Notes: generated by a model from the sequence alone, not told the origin. 64,000 nt of DNA from Felis catus (GCF_018350175.1 NC_058373.1:105712001-105776000); one strand, 5' to 3'; numbered from the stretch's first letter, positions 1 through 13,364 are shown. Translations and numbers: made by a program.

Positions 1-133
1 TGTTCATTTTCAGACTGTTAAAAGGTGATTTTTTTTGTTTGCTGTTTTTTCCAGCTTTATAGTTGCTTTTCAGGTAGCAGATTTGCCAGTCTCCTCACTT
101 GGCTATAACTGGGAATTTCATCTCTAAAACAGT

Positions 134-135
<2 letters not shown>

Positions 136-215
<80 letters not shown>
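136..215. repeat. (TA)n(TG)n(TA)n compound microsatellite
   Basis: Seen directly. Confidence 0.95.
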
Positions 216-245
216 TTGAGAGAGAGAGAGTGTGAGTGGGGGAGG

Positions 246-283
<38 letters not shown>

Positions 284-415
284 GACAGAGGATCTGATGA
301 TGCCGGCTCTGCATGGACAACAGAGAGCCGGATGAAGGGCTCGATCTCACATACTGCAAGATCATGACATGAGCTGAAGTCAGATGCTCAACTGACTGAG
401 CCACCCAGGCACCCC
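215..415 (-). mobile_element. Can-SINE
   Basis: tRNA-derived head, (CT)n linker, A tail. Confidence 0.9.
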
Positions 416-422
416 TACAGCT

Positions 423-952
423 TTTTTTCTAAAGTTTTTATTTAAATTCCAGTTAGTTAACATACAATGTAATATTAGTTTCAAGGGTAGGATTTAGTGA
501 TTCATCATTTCCATACGACACCTGGTGCTCATCACAAGTGCACTCCTTAATCCCCACCACCTATTTAACCCATCCCTCCACCCCTTCTCTCCTCTGGTAA
601 CCATCAGTTTGTTCTCTACAGGTAAGAGTTGGTTTCTTGGCTTGCCTCTCTCTCTCTTTTTCCCCCTATGCTTGTTTTGTTTCTTAAATTCCACATATGA
701 ATGAAATCATATGGTATTTGCCTTTCTCTTATTTCACTTAGCATGATACTCTTTAGCCCCATCCATGTTGTTGCAAATGGCGATACTTCATTCTTTTTTA
801 TGGCTGAGTAATAATCCATTGTATATATATACCATATCTTCGTTATCCATTCATCAGTCGGTGGACATTTGGGCTCTCTCCATAATTTGACTACTGTATA
901 TAGCGCTGCCATAAACATTGAGGTGCATGCATCCCTTTGAATCAGTATTTTT
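423..952 (-). mobile_element. Carnivore L1 3' fragment
   Basis: ORF 616-918 resembles the ORF2 C-terminus (PKCPPTDEWI, FATTWM), followed by L1 3' UTR. Confidence 0.88.
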
Positions 953-1089
953 ACAAATTAGTAACTCTACAAATTTGAAGGGGCACATGCAGCCTGGTGT
1001 TTATAGCAGCATTATCAACGATAGTCAAGTTATGGAAAGAGCCCAAATATCTACATAGCTTCTTAGTTCTTATTTCTGACTCTAGCCTT

Positions 1090-1716
1090 TCTCCCCTCCA
1101 ACTCCACACTGAAGAGTATGTGATCATGCTAACATATAAATATGATTGTATCTCTCTCATGATTTAAATCCTTTCATGGCTTTCCATTTTCCTTGGATTA
1201 AGCTCCTTATAAGACGCATAATCTGGGTTCTGCTTGCTTTTCTAGCTTTCCTTTTACTACTTCTCCCAATAAGCCTTTGTTCTCATTGGACTAGACATTG
1301 CTCATGCCACACTCTCATCTACCCATGGGACTCAACATATGTCTTTCTCCCTGCAATACTCACAACCTACCTCAGACTCCTTCCTTCTCTGCCTCACCCC
1401 TCCCAGCCCCGGGTTTTACTTTCCTGACTCTCGTTCACTCTTGAGATTTCAGTTTAGGTATCATTTCCTTCCAGGATCACCCTTACTACATTCGCTCCTC
1501 TCAACTCCAGCTTGGTGCCTTTGATCTGGGTTCCCATCACCTGTTACATCTTTCCGTATTCTAGACCTGATCACACTGTTGATGTCGTTGCTGTTTAATT
1601 GTCTCTTCCACTAGAATGTAAAGTCCACAGGGGCAGAGACTAGGGCTGTGTGTTCATGGCTGTGGTCCTAGCACTGAGGCCAATGCCACTTCGACTGCAA
1701 AATACTTGTTGAATGA
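1090..1716. mobile_element. L2 3' relic
   Basis: ccactagaatgtaaagtccacaggggcagagact...tgttgaatgaa terminal pattern. Confidence 0.6.
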
Positions 1717-1743
1717 AAACAAATGACTAAAGGCCTGCTTAAA

Positions 1744-1942
1744 TCAGGAGTCAGCAACCTTTTTCTGTAAAGGGCCTGATAGGAAATATTTTAGGCTTCA
1801 TGGACCAGAAAGTCTCTTTTGTGACCGCTCACTCTGATTTCTTAGCAGCCATGGAAAATATAACAAATGGGCACGGATTGGTTCCAGTTCAACTTTATAG
1901 AACCTGGAGGCTGTCCCATGGGTTGTGCTTTACAAATCTCTG
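1744..1942 (+). mobile_element. MER58-like hAT DNA transposon relic
   Basis: caggagtcagcaacctttttctgtaaagggcctgataggaaatattttaggctt matches the recalled MER58A start. Confidence 0.7.
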
Positions 1943-2332
1943 AATTAAGTGAATGAGTGATAGGTGGTTATGAAGTGAGTCAATGAATTAACTAAACTCT
2001 AATTTGTAGTTCTTTTGCAAATAATTAAAGCCCACCGCTTTCTCTACCTTTGGTCTAACCAAGAAAAATAAGGAATTAGCATTTCACACATAACAATTCC
2101 CCCTCAGGAACAAAATTTATGTCGTTTTATATTTTAATACAGAACTGTCTCAGGGAGTGTTGGTTTCTTCTTTGTCTCTCTTCCCTTAATCTTTATTTTC
2201 TTATTTCTTCTTATTTCGCGTAATCCAAGGCACAAGGTTAAGCAAAGAAATCAAGATGGTAATTAACATGGTTAAATGACAGTTTACATAGTGTACTGAG
2301 CATAACTGTAGAGAACAGTGAAGAAATACGTA

Positions 2333-2451
2333 GGGGCACCTGGGTGTCTCAGCTGGTTGAGCATCTGATTTTGGCTCAGATTGTGATCCCAGGGTTGTGG
2401 GATCAAGCCCTGCATCAGACTCCATGCAGAGTGTGCAGCCTGTTTGAGTGT

Positions 2452-2500
<49 letters not shown>

Positions 2501-3352
2501 AAAAAAAATAAAGGGGGTGCCTGGTTGGCTGAGTTGGTTGAGGGACTGACCCTTGATTTCGGATGGAGCCCTGTGTCAGGCTTTTTGCTGGATGTGGAGC
2601 CTGCTTAAGATTCTGTCTCCTTCTCCCTCATCCCCTCCCCATCTTGTGTGCTCTCTGTCTCTCTCTCTCTTTCTCTCTCTCTCTCAAAAAAATGCAAATT
2701 AGGAATATCATTGAAAGATGACAATTTGATGTTTTGAAGTTTCGTCTGTCTGGCATTATACCTTGCTTCCCTTTATCTACTTAATAATACCATGCTGGGG
2801 CGCCTGGGTGGCTCAGTCGGTTGAGCGTCCGACTTTGCTCAGGTCACGATCTCACGGTCCGTGAGTTCGAGCCCCGCATCAGGCTCTGTGCTGACAGCTC
2901 AGAGCCTGGAGCCTGCTTCAGATTCTGGGTCTCCCTCTCTCTCTGGCCCTCCCCCCATTCATGCTCTGTCTCTCTCTGTCTCAAAAATAAATAAATGTTA
3001 AAAAAATTTTTTAAAAAAATAATACCATGCTTTACATTATACACTTACTTTTTTAGCAGTGTAGTCAATTAATTAAATAAGAATTGGTCCATTAATAGAT
3101 TTTACTTGTTCTTTAAGAATCACTGTGTTCTGGGGGCACCTGGGTGGCTCAGTCAGTTAAGCATCTGACTCTTGGTCTCAGCTCAGGTTATGATCTCACA
3201 GTTTGTGGGTTTGTATGTTGAGTCAGGCTCTGCACTGGCAGTGTGGAGCCTGTTTGGGATTCTCTCTCCCTCTCTTTCTGCCTCTCCCATGCACAGGTGC
3301 ACTCTCTCTCTCTCACAATGAATAAATAAACTTAAAAACAACAACAACAAAA
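2333..3352 (+). mobile_element. Four Can-SINEs (2333-2512, 2514-2692, 2797-3017, 3132-3352)
   Basis: GGGGC(A/G)CCTGG-type heads; TSDs aataataccatgct and aagaatcactgtgttctg on the last two. Confidence 0.92.
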
Positions 3353-3584
3353 AGAATCACTGTGTTCTGTTTTATGACTTTACGTGTATAATTATGAAGA
3401 AGACCTACTTTAATTAGGAAATATTTTTAAAATTATTAGCAATTACATTATTATTACTAGCAATAATATTACATTATTACTAGCAATATACATTATTATT
3501 GTGGAGACAATTCATTATATGCCTTATAAAACTGGATTTGTATTTCCATTTTTTGATCAGGTATTGGGGCATTTGCCCTAAATG

Positions 3585-3590
3585 TGTATG

Positions 3591-3653
<63 letters not shown>

Positions 3654-3669
3654 GTATATATATATATAT
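3585..3669. repeat. (TA)n microsatellite
   Basis: Seen directly. Confidence 0.95.
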
Positions 3670-5173
3670 GAGAATAGAATACTAGAATTAATCAGTAACA
3701 TCTGAATACACAATGGTTTGTGAACTTTAAAAATTAGCACTCTCTGAATTCACTTCCAGGAGGATGTGTCTTTATCACTTAAGAAATAAGACATCTTATT
3801 CAAGATCTTTATTAGAATTTTTTTATGAAGGAAAAATTGTTCTCAACTACTTCTTAAAATTCCCCAAAGTATTCACTCGTAGCCTTTTCCACTAACAAAG
3901 CATACCGTGAGAATTCATATAACAGAGATTTCTTTATTGATATAGAGAAAAACCTGATGTTATATTTCTGAAGTCACCTTCTACTCTTAGGGAATTTTGA
4001 GGAAAAAGATTCCAGGGAACAAGCAGAAATGACCTGGATCATCTTGCCTCTAGCAATCATGGGAAAAAGCCAGCCGTCTTACATATTTACATCAGGTAGT
4101 TCAAGATCAACAGATTCACAATAGGTGGCTGAATTGATAATTTGTTTTATCTTAGTGGTTCATTTAATTGTAATCATTAACGCTTAGTGAAAGACTGTTC
4201 TAAAAACTCAGCAATTAGTCCTGGGAAATTGCATAAACAAAAAGCTATTTATCTCAGCATGAAATTCAATAAATACCACATCAAGCATAAGAGTTTCCAA
4301 TTAAAAGAGGAACCACATGTCTATACCTTCACACAATGATCTCTGAGAACCAAGTGGAATTGCATCTGTGTAAACTCAGGAACATATAATGCATTGCAAG
4401 CAGACTCCTTCTTCTAAGTGAGTTTGCACACATCGAGATAATGTTCCTTATCTCACAATGGCATTTCTGAAATCTCTATTTTAGTAGATGTCACTAAAAA
4501 AAAGAGGTGGGGAGTCAATGGTCAAATGCGTTGGGATATTTTGTATTAAACATTATACAGTAGTTGGCTTTATTTCCTATGGGACTTCTCTGATCTTTGA
4601 GTATGCTAAGATGTACATTCGACTGGGAGAGGTGCATGGTATATATTTTGTGAACTTATAACTGTGGAGCTCCATTTTCCTCTAAATATCTATTAGTGTG
4701 ATGAGGAATCATTCCTTTTAAAAATGACGTTGGAAGTCCCTTTTATAACATGACTTTTTAAATGAACTAGTTATAACCACTTATATGTTCTATTTTCTTA
4801 CTTTTTGTAGCACCTTTAAAAAGTAATTTCGAACTTAAAGTTGTAAAAATAGTACAAAGAAATTTTATTTGCCCTTTACCCAGATTTCTTAGTTTGCCAC
4901 ATTGTTTTTTTTATTCTTTCTCTCTCTTCTTTTCTTCACCCTGATCTTCATCTATGTAGCTGACTACTTAACCTACCTACCCACTTATCAACTGTTTTCT
5001 CATGAAGCATTTGAGTGTAGTATTTTTTACCCCAGTGCCCAGCACAGTGTCTGAAACATCACAGAGAATCATGAAATAATTGATGATTAGTGAATGATGC
5101 CTTTCAGAATTTTACCTAAACAAAGCTCAGTTATAAAAGGCCATCTTGGAATACCATTTAAATGTGAAGTCTT

Positions 5174-5384
5174 GGGGCACCTGGGTGGCTCAGTCGGTTA
5201 AGCATCTGACTTTGGCTTAGGTCAGGATCTTGTGGTTTGTGAGTTTGAGCCCCGTGTCAGGCTCTGTGCTGACAGCTGAGAGCCTGGAGGCTGCTTCGGA
5301 TTCTGTGTTTCCCTCTTTCTCTCTGCCCCTTCCCCACTCACACTTTGTCTCTCTCTCAAAAAATAAATAGACATAAAAAAATTG
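5174..5384 (+). mobile_element. Can-SINE
   Basis: Head, CT linker, tail; TSD aaatgtgaagtctt. Confidence 0.92.
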
Positions 5385-5456
5385 AAATGTGAAGTCTTTA
5401 TCTATTATGAAAAGCCAGTGAATCAATTTTAGAAGTCAGAAATATCATCTTACTAT

Positions 5457-5685
5457 TTCTTTTTTTTCTTAACGTTGATCTATTTTGAGAGAGAGCGTGT
5501 GCACATGCTCACACAGGGGTGGGGGAGGGGCAGAGAGAGAATCACAAGGAGACTCTGTGCTGTCAGCGCAGAACTGGACTTGGGGCTCAATCTTTCAAAC
5601 TGTGAGATCATGACCTGAACTGAGATCATGACCTGAGCCAAAATCAGGAGTTGGACGCTTAACTGACTGAGGCACCCAGGCATCC
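5457..5685 (-). mobile_element. Can-SINE
   Basis: TSD atcatcttactatt; small internal duplication tgagatcatgacctga. Confidence 0.9.
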
Positions 5686-6224
5686 ATCATCTTACTATTT
5701 CTTCACAATTGCAGCATTTGAAAGTTTCCTAACCAAGAATAAGAACAAACGCCTGACTATGTTCTCTTTTTCTGAATTATGAATGAGCTCCTGTGATGAA
5801 CCAAAGCCAGATACCTTGCCTTCTATTCCAGTCCAGGACGGATATGTCCAGCCCTGTGGTTTCAAGGCAGCTGGTACACTTACTTAATGACTAAATTAAA
5901 ACTACACAATCCACTGAGAGACACTGACTTCTGTTAGCTGGGTCTTTTCTGTGATTCTTTCCTCTCTGTAGAACTCTCTCAACTTTCTCTTTCACGTTTT
6001 ATTTCTCCATCCAGAATAAATTTTCTCCAGTATTAGTACATTTAAAGCTCAGAGAGACTTGCTTATTGGTACCAAGAAAAGCCCCCTGTAACATGGTTAC
6101 AATTGGGACTTAAAACAAACCTCTTTCTAATCAGTCTGGGGAACAAGGAGAATGGTGAGTGTGCAAAGTAGAGGTTAATAGAAAAATAAAATATGATTTT
6201 TAAATGAAATTAAATTACATTTTC

Positions 6225-6264
6225 TTTTAGTTTTTTTAGAGAGAGAGCACAAGCAGGGGAGAGG

Positions 6265-6300
<36 letters not shown>

Positions 6301-6443
6301 CTTAAGCAGGCTCCACACTCCGAATAGAGCCTGACCCAGGGCTTGATCCCACGACCCAGGGCTTAATCCCATGACCCTGGGATCATGACCTGAGCCAAAA
6401 TCAAGAGTCGCACACTCAACCAACTGAACCCCCCAGGCGCCCC
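6225..6443 (-). mobile_element. Can-SINE
   Basis: Head and linker present. Confidence 0.88.
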
Positions 6444-6739
6444 TAAAATGTGATTTATTTGATTTTAACAATGCTAAATGCTTCTATTTATATGAGGGGC
6501 CTAAAGTAGTCAAATTCATTGACTCAAAAAATGTTGAGGGGAAGAGGAAATTAGGTGTAATTATTTAATGGGTAGAGTTTCTGTTTGGAAAGAAGAAAAA
6601 GTTCTGGAGATGGATAGTGGTAATGACTGCACATAAATGGGATTGTGCTTGATGCCAATGAACTGTACCCTTAAAATGGTTAAAATGGTAAAATTTTATG
6701 TAAATTTTAACACAAGTTTTTAAAAAGAAAACTAAATGA

Positions 6740-7210
6740 GGGGCGCCTGGGTGGCTTGGTTGGTTAAGCCCCGACCTTGGCTCAGGGCATGATCTCACAG
6801 TGTGTGAGTTCGAGCCCCATGTCGGGCTTTGTGCTAACAGCTCAGAGCCTGGAGTCTGCTTTAGATTCTGTGTTTCCCTCTCTCTCTGCCCTTCCCTCTC
6901 TCATGCTCTGTCTCTGTCTCTGTCTTTCTCTCACTCAAAAATAAATAAACAATAGGGGCGCCTGGGTGGCGCAGTCGGTTAAGCGTCCGACTTCAGCCAG
7001 GTCACCATCTCGCGGTCTGTGAGTTCGAGCCCCGCGTCAGGCTCTGGGCTGATGGCTCGGAGCCTGGAGCCTGTTTCCGATTCTGTGTCTCCCTCTCTCT
7101 CTGCCCCTCCCCCGTTCATGCTCTGTCTCTCTCTGTCCCAAAAAAAAAAAAAAAAAAAAAAAAAAAGTTGAAAAAAATAATAAATAAATAAACAATAAAC
7201 AATAAAAATA
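6740..7210 (+). mobile_element. Can-SINE with a young SINEC_Fc-type copy (6955-7190) in its tail
   Basis: Two consecutive heads; the second is CpG-rich with a long pure A run. Confidence 0.92.
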
Positions 7211-7679
7211 AATGCTACTGAAAATAATAATTTTTTGCCTATAGTTATATAAACATTCTTCTGGTTTTTGAATCCATGCAATTAATGTTATCTTTTGCTT
7301 ACATAAAATCAAATTTTACAACATTTAAATGTTTTTCTTTCATACAGTATATTTACTTGGTAATTTTTCTGCTTCCAAAAGAGATTTGATGGAGGCTGTG
7401 GGAGGTGAGCATCATTGGGACCTTTCAAGTGTGTGGTGACTGGCTCATACATGGGAAAAACAAACCCGCCTGGGAAGAGTAGAAAGGCCGAGATTGGGAG
7501 GTGATGAGACTCTCACCAAGAGCTAGACGAGGAAGGTATTTCCCCTGGAGTAGGTATGAGAGAAGACCTGGAGTCACATAAAATGAGGGACTCCAACAGC
7601 AGCAGTTCCTGTGTGGAGTGAACATGATTTGTAATTGCTTTGAGATAATGAACTCTTTCCTCATTTAGATTTTCATTTA

Positions 7680-7909
7680 AAAATTTTTTTTTAATTTTTT
7701 TTTCAACATTTTTTATTTATTTTTGGGACAGAGAGAGACAGAGCATGAACAGGGGAGGGGCAGAGAGAGAGGGAGACACAGAATCGGAAACAGGCTCCAG
7801 GCTCCGAGCCATCAGCCCAGAGCCTGACGCGGGGCTCGAACTCACGGACCGCGAGATCGTGACCTGGCTGAAGTCGGACGCTTAACCGACTGCGCCACCC
7901 AGGCGCCCC
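7680..7909 (-). mobile_element. Young SINEC_Fc-type SINE
   Basis: CpG-intact; TSD tagattttcattt. Confidence 0.93.
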
Positions 7910-7937
7910 TAGATTTTCATTTTAAAAGCTTCTTTAT

Positions 7938-8106
7938 GGGGCGCCTGGGTGGCTCAGTCAGTTAAGTGCCCAACTCTTGACGTTGGCTCAGGTCATGGCT
8001 CATGAGTCTGAGCCCCCTGTCGGGTTCTGTGCTGACTGTGCGGAGCCTGCTTGGGATTCTCTCTCTCCCTCTCTGTCTACCCCTCACCAGCTCTCTCTCC
8101 CTCTCA

Positions 8107-8154
<48 letters not shown>

Positions 8155-8180
8155 ATAAGTGAATATTTTTAAAAAATAAA
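7938..8180 (+). mobile_element. Can-SINE
   Basis: Head, long CT linker, tail. Confidence 0.9.
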
Positions 8181-8785
8181 TATTCTTTGTGATGTAAGTT
8201 TTTAATTTGTCTTTTGTTTATGTTCCTTTCCTCTTTTCCACTTAGATCTAATATCCGTGCACAGGTCCAGTATCAGTATTTGTCTGATGATTGCTCATCT
8301 TGGAGGAGTGCTAATTTCCTACTAGAGAATATTGTGGGGAAGAAGGAGGAGGCCCAAGATGGGCAGTCCAAAGCTGTTTTAGGTTTATCATAAATGCCAT
8401 CTTATCTGTTTGTTTGTTTCTTTTGCCCTGGGAAATGTCTCTCTCAGTTTTTGGTGTTCAAGGGCAAAGACCTCTGGCCAAAGTTTTTTGTGTATGATCT
8501 GCCCATTGTCACCTTCCCTCTTTCTCTTACCCAATTTCACAACATCTAGCCCCATAGACTGAAAATTAGAATTTAGACACATGGAAATACAATATGAGTA
8601 CATCTTCTTCAGGTGCAGCCACTTTCTCTGTTATTCTCACTCTGTGCAAAGAATCAAGATGTGTCTTTCAGCACTGTGACACTAGATTTTATGAAAACCC
8701 TCAAGATTTTAGGGAAATCTATTTTTAGTTTGAGGTGTACAGAGGTCTGGGTCAATTCTAGTCTCCTTTCTAGTCTTAGGTCAAC

Positions 8786-8990
8786 TTTATTTTTTTTTAA
8801 TTAATTAATTTATTTTGATGGGGCGGGGGTATGGAGAAGAGCAGAGACAGATAGAGGGAGAGAGAGAATCCCAAGCAGGCTCTGAGCTGTCAGTGCGGAG
8901 CCCGATTCAGGGCTTGAACCCACGAACTGTGAGATCATGACCTGAGCTGAAATCAAGAGTTGGACACTTAACTAAGCTACCCAGGCACCT
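8786..8990 (-). mobile_element. Can-SINE
   Basis: Head and tail; TSD-like agg(t/c)caacttt. Confidence 0.88.
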
Positions 8991-9699
8991 GAGGCCAACT
9001 TTCATAGCATTTCACAGATAATGCAGTAGGCATGCAGGTTGTGGCTACCTCCTTATTGCATTGTCAACCAAGTTTTATCTCTTATCTTTTCATTTTTAGA
9101 CAACATTCCAGGATAGCAAAAATTTAAGATGTTACCTGAAGGAATTTCCGGAGCCCTACTCTAAACCCAATCCTGAAGATGTCACAGAAGGGAGAAAGAA
9201 AATGGTGGATCTAAGAAAATATTGGAAAAACTGAAAAGTCCCTGGAGAGACAGAAGTTGGCTCCGTTCTGAGTCCTAGCTGAAGTAAGAGCCTTGGAAGG
9301 GAAGAGGCGATGGAAGATAGCATGGGTATAGAAAGAGAGCATTGATTGGCTCTTGCCTTCTCTGTCTAAACTTGAGGCAGCAGATTAGAAGCCCAGATCA
9401 GTGAGATTAATGCAAGGGTGATCTTTGAGCTGAGGAGAGATGGGGAGGAATAAAATGAGTGCAAACAACTAAACAGGGCCTGGGCTTCCCCACCTTCCCT
9501 CCTTCTCTAGCACTGCACACTCCAAGGACAGCTGGTTACAACTGAGGGAGACAATTCTTGGAAAAGGGGTGGCAAACGGAGAGGCCAGATTGCAAAGTTA
9601 TTCATCTTTCTTTTATTATGCATTCCCTTTAAGACTGGAGACAAGACTAGACTTTCTCTATCATTGACCCCGTTCAACACAGCATTAGAGTTTTAGGGA

Positions 9700-10350
9700 A
9701 ATAGGGCAATGAAATTAATGAGTTTAAAGGTTAGAAGGGAAGAAAGGAAAGTCATTATTTGAAAATGAAAAGATCAATCTACATTTTAAAAAGTTGAATC
9801 AACTGGGAAGCTGATTGAATAAGAGAGCGTAGATAGTATCCTTAGCTCATACTATTTCTTTATACAGGCAACGACCAACTAGAAAATGCATTAGAAATCC
9901 AGGCATCATCCAGAAGAGCATTAAAAAACCTGTAAGTAGATATTTATACATAATAAGTTTTTTAATTTTTTTCTTTGTCATTCCCTTTCTATTTTACAGT
10001 TGTCATATAATGTGGTTATAATGGTTAACAAAATAGGGTTCATAATTTCCTGTATATCAAACAGGATTATTATTGGACTAGAGGAGAAATGGACATCACC
10101 CAGAAATGAAAATAATCCAACAAAAATCCACAAAGCTTTTATGGAGAACTTTTAAAAATATTATTATAGGTCATAAAATAAAACCCAAATAGAAAACCAT
10201 ACGATGTTCACCGATGGACAAAATATTGTAATAATGTCAATTATCCCCAAATTGTTCTATAAATTCAATATGATTTTACTAAAAATCCAAGAGTACTTTT
10301 GGTACTCTCATCAAATCTATTCCAAAATGTATATGGAAAAATGAAAGTCC
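9700..10350 (+). mobile_element. Ancient L1 (L1M-type) ORF2 fragment
   Basis: Degenerate aatattgtaataatgtcaattatccccaaatt...aaattcaat...tatatggaa motif. Confidence 0.6.
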
Positions 10351-10994
10351 ACAGATAAAATGCTGCAGTGACCTATATTATAATGGGAAGCAGATCCTCA
10401 CTGCTTTCACACTTAACCTATCTGAATAACCTATCCTTGATTCCCATTTTATTCCTTGAGGGTTTGCAACCACTTATGGTACCGATTACTATATAAACCA
10501 GCCTTCTCAGTTGCCAACAAGAAAATGCCTTCTAACTATTTTAAGCAGAAAGGGGTTTATGAAATGGTATGTGCAGTTTACAGAATCATTGGGAGGACTC
10601 ATGGAACAGTCTAAGCTGGGCATCCACATCTGTCTGGAGCACCTCCTTCGGCTCAACACTCATACAGACTCTCTTTCCCATTCTCAAACTTTGAAGCAAC
10701 AGCAAGCCCGTACTTAATGTAACTAGCCTCACACAAGCAAGATGAACTCAACCTCCCTGGAAAATCTCAGTGTTGTTAAAACAGCAAGGTGCTACCTTAT
10801 TCCCATTAAATTATCAAAAATTAGAAGGACATCAAATATTAATGAGAATGTGAGGAGGCAAACTGTGTACCGTCGGTGGAAGAGGAAACTGGCCTGGCTG
10901 TCCTGGAGAAGCAAGAGGGGTAGGGCCGAGGGTACTTAGTAAAATTAGCTTGGCATATATAATTATGGAATCCTACTCCTGGATCCATACTTTA

Positions 10995-11475
10995 AGTTTT
11001 TAATTTTTTAATTTTTTTATGTTTACTGACTTTTGAGAGAGAGGGAGAGAGAGAGTGAGAGGTGGAGGAACAGAGAAAGAGGGAGACACAGAATCTGAAG
11101 CAGGCTCCAGGCTCTGAGCTGTCAGCACAGAGCCCGATGTGGGGCTTGAACTCACGAACCGCAAGACCATGACCTGAGCTGACGTCAAATGCTTAACCAG
11201 CTGAGCCACCCAGTTGCCCCACTGGATCCATACTTTCGCAAAACTCTCGGGGTACCTGGGTGGCTCAGTTAAGTGTCCGCCTTCAGCTCAGGTCATGATC
11301 TTGCAGTTGGTGAGTTTGAGCCTGCATTGGGTTCTGTGCTGACAGGGCAGAGCCTGCTAGGGATTCTCTCTCTCTCTCTCTCTCCCTCTCTCTCTGCTCC
11401 TCCCCTACTTGCACGCTCTCTCTCAAAATAAATAAATATACTTAAAAAATAGCAATAGTTAAAAAAAGAAAAAGA
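10995..11475. mobile_element. Head-to-head Can-SINE pair (10995-11220 minus, 11249-11475 plus)
   Basis: TSD ctggatccatactt on the first. Confidence 0.9.
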
Positions 11476-13191
11476 AAAACTCTCTTAGAGATCCATGAAA
11501 GACTGTACCAGGATATTCATCAAGTGTTGCTTATTGTGGTGGAGATTGAGGCCACTGAAGTGTCCGTAGTGGAGAATGGTAAAGAGAAAATGATAAAGAT
11601 AAAAGATAAAATGATAAAGAAATCAGTGACTGCACACCACAGACTACTACGCAGTGATAGAGACAAAACATCTGATATGCATAGAGCCACAGAGGTATAT
11701 CTTAAAAGCAAAATGTTTTTGTTGAGGAGTATCTATACCACAATACCATTATGTAAATTAACACACACAAAGTATATTTATAAGTGTCTATTCATCCATA
11801 TGAATACATATCAAGCACATTGGAGAAGATGACCACACTACAGAGAATGAAAGTGGAGAAAAATGATTTAAAAAGGATGGGCCTTGCATAGACACGTAAT
11901 GATGTGGGTTGAGGTTGATGCGATGATGGTTTTTGTTTTTTTAATGGAGGAAATGTTCTGAGATGTATGACATCCCATTTTCCAGAGTTAATCATAATAA
12001 TTAAAAATTCAAAAATTGCTCCAAAGGTGTGGACACATTTCCCTTTCAAACATCGCACTGACTCGTTTACGTCTTCAGTCTTATTCATCCCCAAGCCCCT
12101 TATTTTCTTGATTCCATCTAAGTCTTGGCAAAGGAAGGGGTGAGGTTAGAACAATCTTTCAAAACTTTGAAAATGGTTCTAATTGCTCCACATTTAGGCA
12201 GAGTTACTGGTTGCTTAATAGCCATTTAGAACTCTTTTTTGGAAAGCAGACAGCCATTCCAGGCTATAAAGGTAGTTTCAACGAAATGTTCTTTTTGACA
12301 GAAGGAAGACATTGGAGAATTCGTATGCTATTTTAGCTGGCTCTGTGATTGCAATCACACAAATCACTCCATTCCAGAGAGATTTCACGAACAGGAGGTT
12401 TTTCCATTTCAGCCTTTCAAGGTAAAACATTATCTTTTCATTTTCTATATACTCCAGGGAATCAAGAAATTATGAAACGTAAGCCATAATTATAATAGCA
12501 TTTCTAAGTCTTCCTTGATGGTCACAGTTAAGAAAAGGGAAGAGGAGAACTCTTTTGTTCCCAGTGACATTAAAATGCCCAGTCAGATAAAAATAATATT
12601 GAATTGGCTTTCCTTTGTTCAACTGTTGTAACCTGCAATCTCACTGCCTATTTCACCCCAAAATGAGTTAGTGTTGCAGAGCAAGATAATGACTCTCCCA
12701 TAAGCTTATGAATTGCTATAGAACTGGAACCGTTCGGTGCAAAGAACTGAAATGAAATCAGAAGGTGAGTTGACTATAGATTTGTCATACATTTGCCAGC
12801 TGTTCAATCTGGCCTTCTGTTCCTATCTTTGGTACTTTTATTTATGCACATGTAACACCATGAGGAAGCAGAGAGTATAAACAGCAACTATCTCTTGGGT
12901 CATTCAATTTTGGCTTTATATTTTCTACTACGCTTATGACTGCTGGTCACATTTCTATTCCATTTGGGTGGTCTAATTTAAATGCGGAGTATCATATGAG
13001 GGATGGCAAGAACGCAGGCTTCCTGAGGACTGATCTTTGCTAGAGCTAAGACCTAATGTGCATGGCTTCCATTCACTGCTGAAGGAAGACAGTCCCTTAA
13101 GTGTAGAGCCATGTTTAGTGGTTGAAAATAGAATTCTTTTTAGAAATAAAGATTGTAAGATATGAGCCATTGGATATTAAAAATATCACCC

Positions 13192-13327
13192 AGGTTTGCC
13201 TGGGTGGCTCAGTCGGGTGAGTGTCTGACTCTTGATTTTAGCTTAGGTCATGATCTCCCAGTTGGCGACATTGAGGCCCGTGTCAGGCTCTGTGCTGACA
13301 GTGTGGAGCCTGCTTGGGATTCCCTCT

Positions 13328-13364
<37 letters not shown>

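Noticed and set aside
2333..3352. tRNA genes or a CRISPR-like array from repeated GGGGCGCCTGGGTGGCTCAG units
   Set aside because: These are tRNA-derived SINE heads with CT linkers, A tails and TSDs, irregularly spaced, in eukaryotic DNA.
12721..12770. Short segment ending in a strong donor AAG|gtgagt
   Set aside because: Weak acceptor, no recognisable peptide and no partner exon.
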